A DNA stretch of 64,000 bases from Vitrella brassicaformis CCMP3155. Lineage: Eukaryota > Protista > Chromerida. The notes under the pieces were generated by a model, which saw nothing but the letters and a program-made list of their open reading frames with translations, was not told where the DNA came from and ran no database searches. This document shows positions 27,201 to 39,293 of this stretch, piece after piece. Location: the NCBI GenBank assembly GCA_001179505.1, contig CDMY01000325.1:55893-119892 (forward strand), read 5' to 3'. The position numbers and the translations under genes were made by a program. Position 1 is the stretch's first letter; the number at the start of each line of letters is the position of its first letter.

Positions 27201-27413
27201 CAGCTGTGTCTTACGCACCTTGACGCCCTGCAGCTGCTGGTGCCGCCTGTACTTTGGCGCGTTCTCGAGCTTGATCTTCTTGAGCTTGGGCTCGACGGTT
27301 GATGCGGGAGGCCTCCTGGCCTTGCAGACGGCGCCGTGTGTGTCGGTCTTAATGGGTATGACCTCCTCGTCGAGGCGCCTTTTGCCCTCGGGCAGACGCA
27401 ACTCCTCAGCCAT
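24234..27413 (-). CDS. UTP7: U3 snoRNP / SSU processome WD40 protein Utp7 (WDR46/BING4)
   Basis: [99 protein letters not shown]4CT-like [10 protein letters not shown] and C-terminal SALMRF. Confidence 0.95.
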
Positions 27414-27521
27414 CGATGGACGGCCACTTCTTCCAACGAGACAGGGTCAATGCAGGTACGCTGATGCTCCTTGTGTGTGTGCCCACAACAATCCCTTCTT
27501 TGGTGATGGAGATCTGCACAT

Positions 27522-27538
27522 AAGCTCGCAAGCTCGCA
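27522..27538 (+). promoter_or_regulatory. Tandem AAGCTCGCA motif in the UTP7/UBE2K bidirectional spacer (representative of a window-wide motif)
   Basis: taagctcgcaagctcgcaag. The same 9-mer is at 1714, 41194, 42336, 59278 and 63668, all in short upstream spacers. Confidence 0.65.
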
Positions 27539-27713
27539 AGAAGGGAGGAGAAGGGAAAGGAGGAGCAGCGTGTTGCGCCTCTTCATTTGAATCGGCTGCG
27601 TGTGTTTCTGCTGCTGCTGAGCATCGCTGTGCAGTGGAGCCGACCTGGGAGCCGAGCCGTGTAGTTAGTTAACGAGGAGAGGTCGGTGGCCTGCTGATCT
27701 CTCTCGGCAACCG

Positions 27714-28970
27714 ATGGCGAGCGCCAAGGAACAGAAGCGGCTCCAAAAGGTACACTAGATCCACCCAGCTGCAAATGCGATGCTTGTACTGTATGTGTGT
27801 GTATGTCTGTGGTTGTGTGTGGTTGGTCGTGCGTGCAGGAGTTGCAGGACATCCAGGCGGCGTTCGCCGAGAACCCCGACTGCCCCGTGACGGCCAACAT
27901 GATCGATGACAACCTCACTCGGTGGAAGGGACACATCAAGGGACCGGTACGCACACACACATACAGAGCGACAGTCTGGGTGATGGTGCGTTTGACATGT
28001 CAGGAGGGTTCGCCGTACGAGGGCGGTAAGTATGTGATAGACATCCAGATACCCACTGACTACCCCTACAACCCACCAAAGGTAGGCATTGCCTGCAGGA
28101 CAGACAGACAAGACAACCCCATCTGTGCCATTCATGTGTGTCGTGTGTGCACCACAGATGAAGTTTGACACCAAAATATGGCACCCCAACATCAGCAGCC
28201 AGACGGGGGCCATCTGCCTGGACATCCTCAAGAACGAGTGGAGCCCCGCACTCACCATCCGAACCGCTCTGCTCTCGCTCCAGGCGCTGCTCTCCTCACC
28301 AGAGGCCGGTCGGTCAGCCACTGCATGGCCATGCAGCACATGACGATGACGACATTCGGCATGACGACATATTCGGCACATGGGTGTGTGATGTGTGTGT
28401 TTGGTTGGTTCAGACGATCCGCAGGATGCGGAGGTGGCCAACATGTTCAAGAGGGACAGGAAGCTCTTCGAGCAGACAGCAAAGTGGGTGGGCCCCGCCT
28501 GGAACTGACAGATGCGACACAACCCACAAGCTCACCAGAGGGGTGAGTCGTGTGTCTGGGTGTGCATATATTTCAGGTATTGGACCGAGACTTTCGCCAA
28601 GAAGGATGAGTCCAATCACGACGAGAGCGTGAGCACACCACACCACACCACACCACACACCCAGACGGACCACTCCACTCGGAGACGGACGGATAATCGG
28701 ACAGCTCGTGTTGTGTTGTGTTGTGTTGTGTTCTCTCAGGTCAAGAAGTTGGTAGAGATGGGCTTCACAGAAGACCAGGCGAAAGTAAGGTTCTTACACA
28801 CACACACGCACAGGCGCGGGCGATTGCCCAGCGTCCGAATGAATAGCTGTCGTCGTTTCTGTGTGGTGTGGTTTAATGGTTTGTTTGTTTGGTTGTTTGT
28901 TCAGACGGCGTTGCAGAAGCACGGCTGGGACGAGACGGAGGCCCTCAACTCACTGCTAGGGGGCGCATGA
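27714..28970 (+). CDS. UBE2K: Ubiquitin-conjugating enzyme E2-25K/Ubc1 type with C-terminal UBA domain
   Basis: [50 protein letters not shown] (catalytic Cys), DDPQDAEVA and UBA-type KKLVEMGF...ALNSLL. Confidence 0.96.
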
Positions 28971-30069
28971 CACTCGCACACACCCTACCCTTATGCAGCC
29001 ATCCCATCCACACATCCTCTCTCTCTCCTCCACTCACCCTCCCACCGAGCAACGGATGCAGATGAAACCATCTGCTGCTCTCTCTCCCTCTCTGCCTGTC
29101 TGCCTCTCTGCCTGTCTGCCTGCCTGCCTGCCTCTTCCTCTCCACCCTCGGTAGCTGTGATACGGTGTGGTACGGTGTGGTGTGACATGATAGTCGGTGT
29201 GCTGTCGCCGCGCCCACCTGCCCGGTGGGGCGTCCGGACGGGTGGATGTGGCGGGGGGGCTCCAACACATACACACATACATGCATGGGGAGGGGGGTGG
29301 GATGGATGGAAGACAGAGAGGGAGAGGGAGAGAGGGAGGGATGGAGGGATTGTGCCCAGGTGGCCATCTGAGATGGCTGTCCTGGCTATTATACATATAC
29401 AGTGGCGTTTGTCTATCTATCTGAATGCGTTTGTCCCTCCCTCCCTCCCTGCACGTCAAGCTGAAGGTGAGGGTGAGGGTGAGTGTCAATGTGTCAGTGT
29501 CAGAGTGCGGTGGTGCGTTGGGTGACGCATTTTAACCTGCATGTGGGTGTGGGTGTGTGAGTTCATGCGGATGATGATGATGATGACTGCCCGACTTAAG
29601 TCGGGACTGCAATCCTGTAGCATAATCTCAATGTCCATGTCCATGTCAATCAGTGCCAATCCAATCAGCCATCCGCATCAGATTCTGTTCCAGCCAGCCA
29701 TTCAGTTCTCCGACTATTGGCACGACAAGTGTCTGTCCACTCACTCACTGCACTTCTTTCCTCTCGTCAGTCCCCTGTGTGTGGGAGAGGCGACCCATAA
29801 GCAGGGGGAACACCTGCTTTGAAGCGACCTCAACCGCACACAGGGGACTGACGAGAGGAAAGAACGGTGGCACGTTTCTCACGTCGGATCACTCTCAGTC
29901 CTCCCTGTGCTGGCCTGGTATGGCCAGGCCTCTCTGCGCCGGCATGTGCCTCGGGCGTCTCTCGCCCTCTGCCGTGATCGCAACAGCAGATGGTACTCTG
30001 CTCTTGAGGTCACGACTGAGGACGGACGACACCCGAGAAAGCACTGCCAAGATAAGCCCCCCCCCCCCC

Positions 30070-30369
30070 NNNNNNNNNNNNNNNNNNNNNNNNNNNNNNN
30101 NNNNNNNNNNNNNNNNNNNNNNNNNNNNNNNNNNNNNNNNNNNNNNNNNNNNNNNNNNNNNNNNNNNNNNNNNNNNNNNNNNNNNNNNNNNNNNNNNNNN
30201 NNNNNNNNNNNNNNNNNNNNNNNNNNNNNNNNNNNNNNNNNNNNNNNNNNNNNNNNNNNNNNNNNNNNNNNNNNNNNNNNNNNNNNNNNNNNNNNNNNNN
30301 NNNNNNNNNNNNNNNNNNNNNNNNNNNNNNNNNNNNNNNNNNNNNNNNNNNNNNNNNNNNNNNNNNNNN
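30070..30369. other. Assembly gap (300 N) flanked by C runs
   Basis: Seen directly. Confidence 0.99.
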
Positions 30370-31219
30370 CCCCCCCCCCCCCCTCCCCACGCACAAATGA
30401 GTGATGAACCCCGGGCGACCGAGTAGATGACTGCCATCAGCGGCGGGTCCGCTGAGCTCTCACACAGCTCTCACATGTCACACCACCTCACAGCATAGCG
30501 TCCCCCACCTCACAACCGAAGAAGGGCCTACACGGACCTCTGCGGGGGTTAAAACTACAGCGAGATGGATCGATGCATAGCATAGAAATGGGTGAGTGAG
30601 TGGATGGAGAAACTCCTCAATCGAATGCTTCTTCCCGCCCCCCTCTCCCTCCCTCCCTCCCCCCACCCCCCATCTCATGTGCACACACGAGACACACGAG
30701 ACACACTGACAGACGCATCCGCGGAAAAAAGGCGTGTGTGTGCACGTGTGTGCACCGATCGCCAGGCAGCGTGTGCATCGGCCTTCGCACATCACATCAC
30801 ATGTGTCGGATCTCTCCCTCACACCCACGAGACACCCCCGAGACCGTTGAAAACACCAACACCGTACAGCGTCCTAGCTGTCCTAGCTGATAGCTCATGC
30901 GTGCGGCCCTGCGTCACAGGGGGCACGCATCGGCCACAATCTCTCTCTCCCTCTCTCTTGGCCACGTTAAAACGAATGGCTCGGTGCGCGCACACACACA
31001 CGCGCGCATCACATCAGAGACACAGCAGAAAGTCACTCACGTACAGAGTGGGAAGAACAGCAGGCACACCACACCACACCACATCACGTATCACGCAACA
31101 TACATGACATGGAGGTAAAAGCCCAAACAATGCCTCTCACTTTCTCTCTCTCCCTCTCGGATTTGCGCGATTTCGGCGGCCGCGTCCCTATGTATGTGTG
31201 TGTGTGTGTATGTGTGTGT

Positions 31220-33030
31220 CTACTGCCCCTGGACCGCCTGAGCACCCCCACCCGCACCAGCACCCGCCGCACCCTCGCCGCCCTTCTTTTTCTTCCTGTG
31301 GCGCCGCTTCTTGGACGAGCTCTTGGAAGACGCCCCCCCAGCACCCGCCGCACCATCGCCGCCGTCTCCCACAACGTGCACGCCGTCTGTCTCACTGATG
31401 CCGGTGGACTGAGTGGCGAGGGCGGGCATGATGCCGTTGGTGTCGTCAGGGTGGCTGTGGTGGCTGTTGGTCTCGCCCCCGCTGTGGTCCGCTGCTGTGG
31501 AGGCCGTCAGACGCTCAGACTCCTTCTCATAGGGCTCGGGAGAGGGAAGGGACGGGGACGAGAAGAGGGCCTTGTCGTGTGTGGTCGCGGTGGCGGATGT
31601 GGATGGCGAGACGGTGGGAGTGGCGGTGCCCTCGGCTTTGGCAGTCTCTGCAGGCGGTGCTGCTGATGCTGCGGGGGACGGTGATGGCGACGGAGCAGCG
31701 GCCTTTTTCTTGCCCTTCTTGCCCTTCTCGCTCAGGGCATCCGCCAGCAGCTTCTCAAAGCCGTCCTGCGGCTTGCTGCTGCCCCGCTCCCTGCCGCTCG
31801 ACGAAGACCCCTTCTTGTTGCCGGCAGGTGTGCCCTCGGTCACGTCGATAATCCTGCTCTCGCGCTGTGCCCTCCCACCACCACCACCACCACTGCGACC
31901 GCCTCGGCCGCCCTTGGTCCGCTCCTCCTCTGCACGCATGGCCGCTTGCAGGAGCAACAGCTGCATGAGTGCGTCGTCGTTGGCTCGCTGCTGCTGCTGG
32001 TGCTGGGAGGCCGAGGACGACGATCCACCGCGCTCCTTCCCGCTAGATGATCCTGGGAAGAGGAAATGAGAAGATGAGTCGGCGCGCGACGACGAGGCCT
32101 TCTTGCTGGTGCGTGTCCTGCTGGCGGATGCGGGCTGGTGGGCAGAGGGGTCGGATGGCGAGTGTTGGGTGGCGGTTTTGTTGTCTTTGTTGTTTTTGTT
32201 GCGCTGCTGCTTCTGTTTGTTGGCCTCCGCGGAGGCCATCAGTGCCTCCATGAATTTGGGGAAGAACTCCATGACCTCGCACGTGCCCTCGTACTTCTTC
32301 TGCAGGGGGTCCGACAACTGGTTGACACCGCCCTTGTCGAAACGGCTGAAGGAACCATGGGCAGACAGACAGACAGACAGACGAACAGCGCGTTCATCGT
32401 TTAGACCTTTCTGTCTGGGCCGTATCATTTTCATGTGTGTCGCTCACTCTCTGATTGCAACAGCGGTGATTTTGTCGTTGAGCTGGTATGCGGCAACCAT
32501 CATGATGGCCTGGATGCGCGCCGTCTCGCGGCCCAGCAGCCGACGGGCAGCCAAAGCCGACAGCAGGGCGTCGCGGTGCTGGTACACGTACAGACACAAC
32601 TCGCCCTGAGTTGACAAACGCCAAGACGCAGGTGGAGAGGACAAGGGGCTGTGCTTGCTTCCTCTTGGCAAGGTTACGTGGAGGATGAGGCCTTCGATGG
32701 GGTCAGCGATGAGCGGCCACTTGAGGAGCTGCTTGGCGAGGTGCACCTCGGCGTCCCTCTCCATGGCATCCATGTCCAGCAAATACTTGGCTGCACACAC
32801 AACAACAACACCCAATCTCTCCTTTGCCTGCCCGCTGGCTGCCTGTCTGTCTGTCTGTCTGTCTGTCTGTGTGTCTGTGTGTCTGCCTTACTGTCGTCCT
32901 GCATCTCGATGAAAGGGTCGTCCATGTCCATGTCCATGTCCATGCCCAGATCCATCCCCCACATCCCCATGCTGTGCCCGTAGCCCAAGTCGTCTACATC
33001 GTCATACTCCCACTCAGACTCGCCGTCCAT
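31220..33030 (-). CDS. Hypothetical protein: acidic N-terminus, small helical domain, long Lys/Ser/Ala-rich low-complexity tail
   Basis: MDGESEWEYDD... start, four in-phase GT-AG exons, and a long final exon ending KKRRHRKKKKGG...QGQ*. Confidence 0.7.
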
Positions 33031-33132
33031 CGCCGCGGGACGCGAAGAGCTCAACATCGATGATACGGCAATCGAGGGGCACCGCCTCGGGGGAGAGAAG
33101 AGAATGGGAGAAAAAAGGCACCAGAACGCAGC

Positions 33133-33166
33133 AGAAGCGGTGTCAGGGAGCACCCTAGGCGGCCTG
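33133..33166 (+). promoter_or_regulatory. 34-nt element in a bidirectional spacer, shared with 8467-8500
   Basis: 30/34 identity with the ApiAP2 upstream element. Confidence 0.5.
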
Positions 33167-33321
33167 ACAGCCAAGTGCTCCGGAAAACGTAGCGGGGATG
33201 ATCTGCGAGCTAAGTGCTCCGGCAGCTGCTTCTTCCCAGCAACGCCTGTGTTCTGACGGTATCGCCGCGCTGCCTCTACACAGGGCCTCTGAAGTCTTTG
33301 CATCAGCAGATCTGGAGGAAG

Positions 33322-33424
33322 ATGGATGCACCGAGTGGTCTTGAATCGCTCACAGCCGAACAGAAGGCGCAGGTGACTGAATGTGGGGCATCGCCTTGTC
33401 CATGAATGATTGGCGCTGGCGTTC

Positions 33425-33455
<31 letters not shown>

Positions 33456-33857
33456 TCAGGCCATGATGCAGCTTGAAACTCTGGTGCAGGGGCAGAAGGT
33501 CGTCATGAAGGTGTGTGTACACACGCATTGTGTGTGTGGATCAATCTGCTTGTCATCGTCTGTTCTTCCACCTTCGACCATCGACCGGTCTTCCTTTCTG
33601 TTTTTGACGTCGTGTGCAGATCTTGGGCAAGTGCTTTTCAAAGTGTGTGGATTCACCCGGCAACGAGCTGAACATGCGGCAGCAGCAGTGCATCTACTCG
33701 TGCACACACATGATGTTCGAAACGGAACAGTATATTAACAGGTCAGCCACTCGGACAGACACACCCAGATGGCTTTCCGTTGTTCGCATCTCTGCTCTTA
33801 TCGCTCCGCAGGCGTCTTGATGGGCTTGCGAAGGCGCAGCAGCAGCAGCAGGGATAG
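33322..33857 (+). CDS. Small Tim (Tim8/Tim13-like) mitochondrial intermembrane-space chaperone
   Basis: About 85 aa over 4 exons, with twin CX3C motifs (KCFSKC ... QCIYSC). Confidence 0.9.
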
Positions 33858-34602
33858 CCAGGATTGCGGGTTACTTGTACCCTTTTCCTCCTTCTCTCCT
33901 TCCCCGCCTCAGTCAGCACGTTGTGTAGACCAGCCCCTGTTGTCTGACGCGACAATGACCACTGTGTGTGTTGTGCAGCCCCGATGGTGCATGGATGTAT
34001 GCATGAGCGCGTGCCAGTCAGCCGTGTAGAGCCACTTTATCTTGGTGTCACTTACAGATCGTCAGCTGCAAACAGCTGTTGCCCGCCCTCCATGCAATCC
34101 CGCCATGTGTACCTATCTATCCTCTGCCTATTGACAACTCGCCCATCTATGTGGAGCAGCACAAGTTCAGCCTGTCCACCTCACTGGAACGACCTGTATC
34201 GCGAGAAAGCATTGTTGGCTCGGATGACGGGCGAGGGAAATTTGCCACATGATGAATTTTCGCAGGTGGGGGCGGGCCAACCGAGACGCGCGCGGCGCTC
34301 TGCGTTCGTTGTCCCGCGTGTGCAGGATGTGGGGCTTTTTGCACACGCAACGCACCCCACGTCTGCATGGGCAGGAGGGTGAAAGAGGGAGAGAAAGTCT
34401 TCGTGACGCCTGCTACATACAGCTGCCGAGAGTAGACGTCGAGGAGGGCGGCGGCCCTGCCCTTCATGAGGCCACCCATCACGAGCAGACGGCCAATCCG
34501 AAGGTCCGTTTGCAACGCTCCTGCGTCTGGCATCTCGCAATGAGTCTGCATTGTCAACTGGTTCGATTTCCTCTTTGTGCCGCTTTCTTCTACCCATTGC
34601 AG

Positions 34603-37600
34603 ATGGCGTCAGCCCCGAGTGACGATGTCCCTCTTCTGTCGGACGATGAACAGGGGCTGATGGAGCCCCAGCTGCCTGATGTTGCAGAAGAGCTCCCTAT
34701 GGCACCGAGACGGCTCGAGCAGGTGCGTTGTTGTCTTGGTGTGATCTAGATGGCGGCAGGGTCACACAATAATCAAGAGGCCCTGGACGTCTGTTTTTCT
34801 TCTGCAGGTTCCGTTGGTGGGTGCACCAGCCGCCGACGATGACGAAACGACAAAAACGCTGAGAAAACATCACAAAGGCCATCAATGAATCGAATGCAGA
34901 GGGCGTGCGGAACGCCCTCTTTCGTCTGTCGCCTGAGCAAGCGAAGAAAGTGCTGACGACTGGAGAGTGCTACAGTGACTATGTGGACTATGGATCTGCG
35001 ATCCACCTTGCCGCAGGTATGCATCGTCGCATCGCTACATAGAAGCGATGCACCTACGCCGCCCCTGTCTGCCCCTGTCTGTACTTTTCAGAGAAGTGTT
35101 GGGATATGGCTGTGTTTGAGGCGCTGCTGCTGCGAGAGAGACACTACCTGCTCGGTCTGAAAGATAAGGTATCGCACTCAACACGTGTTTCGTTCACTGG
35201 CCGAATGACTACCTTCATGCTGTGTCTGCAGACCGGCAGGACGCCTCTCCACATGGTGGCAGGAAGAGGTGCGGTTCATCTTGTGGGGATGTTTGTCGAG
35301 CTGGGTGGGACCGACCTGCTGAAAGCTCGGCGCAACGTAAAGATGAGGACGTCTCGACTGGTGCATGAATCTTGCAGTGTCTTTGTCATGTTCTCGTCCA
35401 GGACGGGGAGACGCCTCTCCACGGGGCAGCACGTGAGTCATTCGTAAAGTGACGAATGACACAAGTGTAGCAGTCATCAAGTGTACTTCTTTCACTTTCA
35501 TTTAGGCCATGCTGATGTCGTGATTGCCATGTTGAGGATGAATCAAGACCTTCTGAAGTTGGAAGACAACGTAGGCTGCACCCAAATTTATCAAGAGACG
35601 TGTTGAATGATCCCTGCCTGCCAATGACTCTGACAGAGGGGACACACGCCCCTCTGCCCTCGACAACCCGAGAGTTGCCGTGATGATGTTTGGCTTGGCT
35701 GGAGCTGTGGCCATGGAGCTGCTCCAGTCTGATTAATACACTGTCCGTCGAGTGTTGCAGCCGCTGGTCCTTTCAGAAGTGCTCCCCGTCATGAAGGAAC
35801 TCCTGAGGAGCCGCTCCGAATCACCGGGCCTCGAAAGTCTTCGCTGCTGTGCGGTCTTCCGAACACTGATCAAGATTCGACCAAATGACTTCCTCACAGA
35901 GTATGACGATGCGGTAGTATAGGAGAAGAAGAAATAGATGCCATTGTTTCTATCGTGCTTGCAGTGACCTGGAAAACAAGGCGGCCTGGATGGAGGTCAA
36001 CAGAAGAAATCCGGCATCAGTTTCTTTTGCATTCGCTCTTATTCGCTTGCTTTCCAATCGGTTCAGTCCCTTACGGCAACCTTCTGCACCGAGACGACTT
36101 CATACGACTTCAAGAGGTCACTTGAGGGCAAAGAGAAAGAATGGCTAGCGCTGCTCGAGTCTGCAGAACCGCTTGAGGTGGTCAAACAAGGTACTACTCG
36201 GGTATTCAATGGATTCTCTAGTGGCCCATTCTGTCTCTTGTGACCAATTCTATGACAGCCAACTGCATGTCACTCGTCACACAGTACTGGGAGAAGTCAT
36301 ACGAGGAATACACGGTGTTTTTGGAGCCCAGAATGGTTTTCATCAGCCGCGTGGTGTCGATACTTGTCTTGTAAGCGCGGGTGCAAGCCGAAACATACGT
36401 ACACACGTACATGATATGTATCCTCTTGCGCTGCAGGGTCATGTCTGTGCTCCTTCACATCAAGATAATCAACGGGCACAGCCCGTTCTGGAGCGCAAGT
36501 GACACTCCCCTGTGGAGCGAGATCACTTCCGCTGGCGCGGAGGCAAAGCATCTGGCCGAGAACGTCATCAGTCCCCGATACATCGGATGGGCCACCGATG
36601 CATCGCTTTGGCTCGTATGGGCTTGGGCCTGGGCGTGGAACAATGATGCATGGCTTTACGTCACGCTCGCGACTGGAGCCGGATTCATTCTCCAGGAGGT
36701 CTACCAAGTGAGGGAGGGAGCCGGGGGTCAACAACGTGCTTGGTCATTGGTACGCTTTCTGTATCCCTATAGGCCATCCGTCTCGGGGCATCTTACCTGG
36801 CAGACTCATGGAATTGCATCGACTTCGCGGGTTCATCATCAATCATCGCCTTCGCCGTCATCCACTTCAGGGGATACTCGACGACAACGGAAATGAGCGC
36901 GGGGATCGTTATAGCGCTTCTCTCTGCGCTTCGCCTCCTACAAACCGCCAGCCTGCACCAAGCCGTGGGGCCACTCATCCTGTGAGGGAACTGGCACAGA
37001 GACACGAGACACCTGAGCGGACGCGGAGGCAGGCTTGGAGCCGTCTGTCTGCGTGGATTGTGTGGTGCGCATATGTGTCAGCGCGGTCGTGAAGATGATC
37101 TCGGACATCAGCATGTTTCTGGTTCTGTACGCCTACATCCTGCTGATCTTCGCGGGCGTCTTCAACGTCCTCTCGTCCGACGAAGACCATGAGTACTTCG
37201 GTACCTACGGCAAAGCCACACTCACACTGTACGTACATGTGCGATAAGCCCATAAGTCACAGTACAACGAAACAGCCCGATACTTGTCAACGCTGCAGTT
37301 TCTACGCCGCGGTCGGCGAGTTCAATGACACACTTAACAACGCCATCGAGAGCCACGACACACTGGGCGCCGTCCTCCTCTTCATCTACGTTGTCCTGTC
37401 GTCCATCATACTCGTATGTCAGCACTGTCTGTGCACACCAATGGACATGAGACACAAAAGGAATCGTTTCCTCTTCCTTTGTGCCTCAATAGCTCAATCT
37501 CCTCATCGCCATCATGGTGAGACGGACACGAGACGCTCATGGCAGATCGAGACGCTGAATGTGTTCCTGTCTGTCTTTGTGTGTGTCTGTGTGCGTCAGG

Positions 37601-38558
37601 CGTCGACGTATGCAGCGATTGAGAACACAAAGAAGCCTCAATACCAGTGACACACACACACAAAGGAGATCCTTCACATACCTTCCGGTCCCCATCTGCT
37701 GAATACATGGCGACCTTCCCCTTTGCGTGCAGACTGCGCATTCGCGTGTTGAATGAGTACCTGTCAATGCCACAGCATGAGCGTCTGCCGCCACCATTCA
37801 ACCTCATCGGTCAGTCCGCTTTTCTGTGACGGCCGACAACTAGTGCATCTCTGGATGCTCTATCCGTTTTCAGCTGCGATCAAATCGGTTCCCCTGCGAT
37901 GTCTCGCCCCTCTCCTCCCCTTTCTCATCCGCCTCTGCGAACGGCTTCTCAAGTGCTGCTGTGCACAAGAATGGCGGCCTGCGGCACCGCAAAGCTGCGA
38001 TGGGAGTGGATTCTGCCAGTGCTGCAAAGGGTTCTGGTGGTTCCTTGGGACCTTATTTGTCAGCTGCTGCTGGCTGGCTGCGATCGTTGCCCTGGTCGTA
38101 GCAAGGCTCCTGGCTTCCACCATCGATGCGGTCCTCTTCACGATTGCCTTCATGCCAGCCACCATCCTCTATCTAGTTCTAGTGAACATCCCAAACACGG
38201 CACAGGGTATTCGTGGCGACATACGGTGGAGGCGATGGGGTGACATCGTATGCACTTTTGTCTGCCTTCCCGTCGGAATCGTAATCCTCCCGTTTATGTG
38301 CGCCCTCTGTATCATTATCTTCTTCCTCACTTTTTACGTGGAAGACGTCATGGTGACAAATGAATGCAAAAAGAAGGCGGCACCGAAATGAAGAAATGTT
38401 CTGCTGTCACAGAGCTGCGGGAAATAGTGTCAAGACACTTGCAGCGGAAGATCGGGCAGCGGTGCATCGAGCGCTGTAATGAGGAGTGGCGTAGTGGACC
38501 CAGTGACCATCGAGAAGTGGATCAAGACAGCAGACTACCACAACTCAAGCCCATCTGA
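34603..38558 (+). pseudogene. Ankyrin-repeat TRP-family cation channel, multiply disrupted
   Basis: Ankyrins (GSAIHLAA, GRTPLHMVA, GETPLHG, GHTPL); S4-S5 LRLLQTASLHQAVGPLIL; pore FGTYGKATLTLFYAAVGEF; S6 LNLLIAIM; post-S6 LPPPFNLI. Frameshifts near 34865, 35655 and about 36070, and an in-frame TAA at 35734. Confidence 0.85.
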
Positions 38559-39293
38559 CGTCATGGCAGGTGAGACATGACACAGGAACGCAATCGGGCA
38601 GACACACAGGGGCAAGCCGTGTGTCTCTCTTTGTTGTACTGCAGCCCTCGACTGCCTGCCCGAGATGCTGGTAAGGTTGCGGCACATGGATGAGCGAATG
38701 ACCCAAGCTTGAGAGACGTCAGGAATATGATGGGCGATGCCTGTATGCAACACACTGACTCGGAACAAATGGGCGACATGTCAGCGGTCGACTTGAAGAA
38801 TGGATCTGCACGGTTGACGCGAATCACACGTGTTGAGCACTCAAGTGTGTTTTCTGAGTGTCTCAGCCAGACACATCATGCAGCACGCAGTCGGCAAGCT
38901 GGCTGTGCCAAAAAAGAAACCGATTCCCTTTCCCAATCGCAGGCAGCCAGTTTATCACCCGCATCGTTACAGACAGACACACAGCTCAACGGAAAGGAGG
39001 CCCACACCCTTGATTGAGTCCAGGCAGAGAGTCTTACTCACTTCATCGATGGCCGCCAGTCGAAGCTCCTTTCTCACTCAGTGTCAGGCACCGCATCGAG
39101 AAGCAGAAGAGAGCAGACAGACAGGGAGGGAGGTAGCCAGCCACCCCCACACACAGGCTACCTGCCCAACGAGAAACAGACTCCCAAACCACTGTCATCC
39201 CAGCAGCAGCAGCAGCAGCCATCATCCGTCAGTTTCCCCACCGTGTTTGCCCTCCCGCCTGTGTGTGTGGGTGGCTGGCCACGCTGGAGGGGC

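Noticed and set aside
30401-30455. Box C (GTGATGA) and box D (CTGA) as a C/D snoRNA
   Set aside because: Only 55 nt, no convincing terminal stem or C'/D' pair, and the CTGA is part of a simple 7-bp hairpin. It would need snoScan/Infernal support.
33966-34560. Possible exons upstream of the TRP pseudogene (ACPPHWNDLYREK...)
   Set aside because: Could not be joined in frame to a start or to the TRP exons, and no family was recognised.
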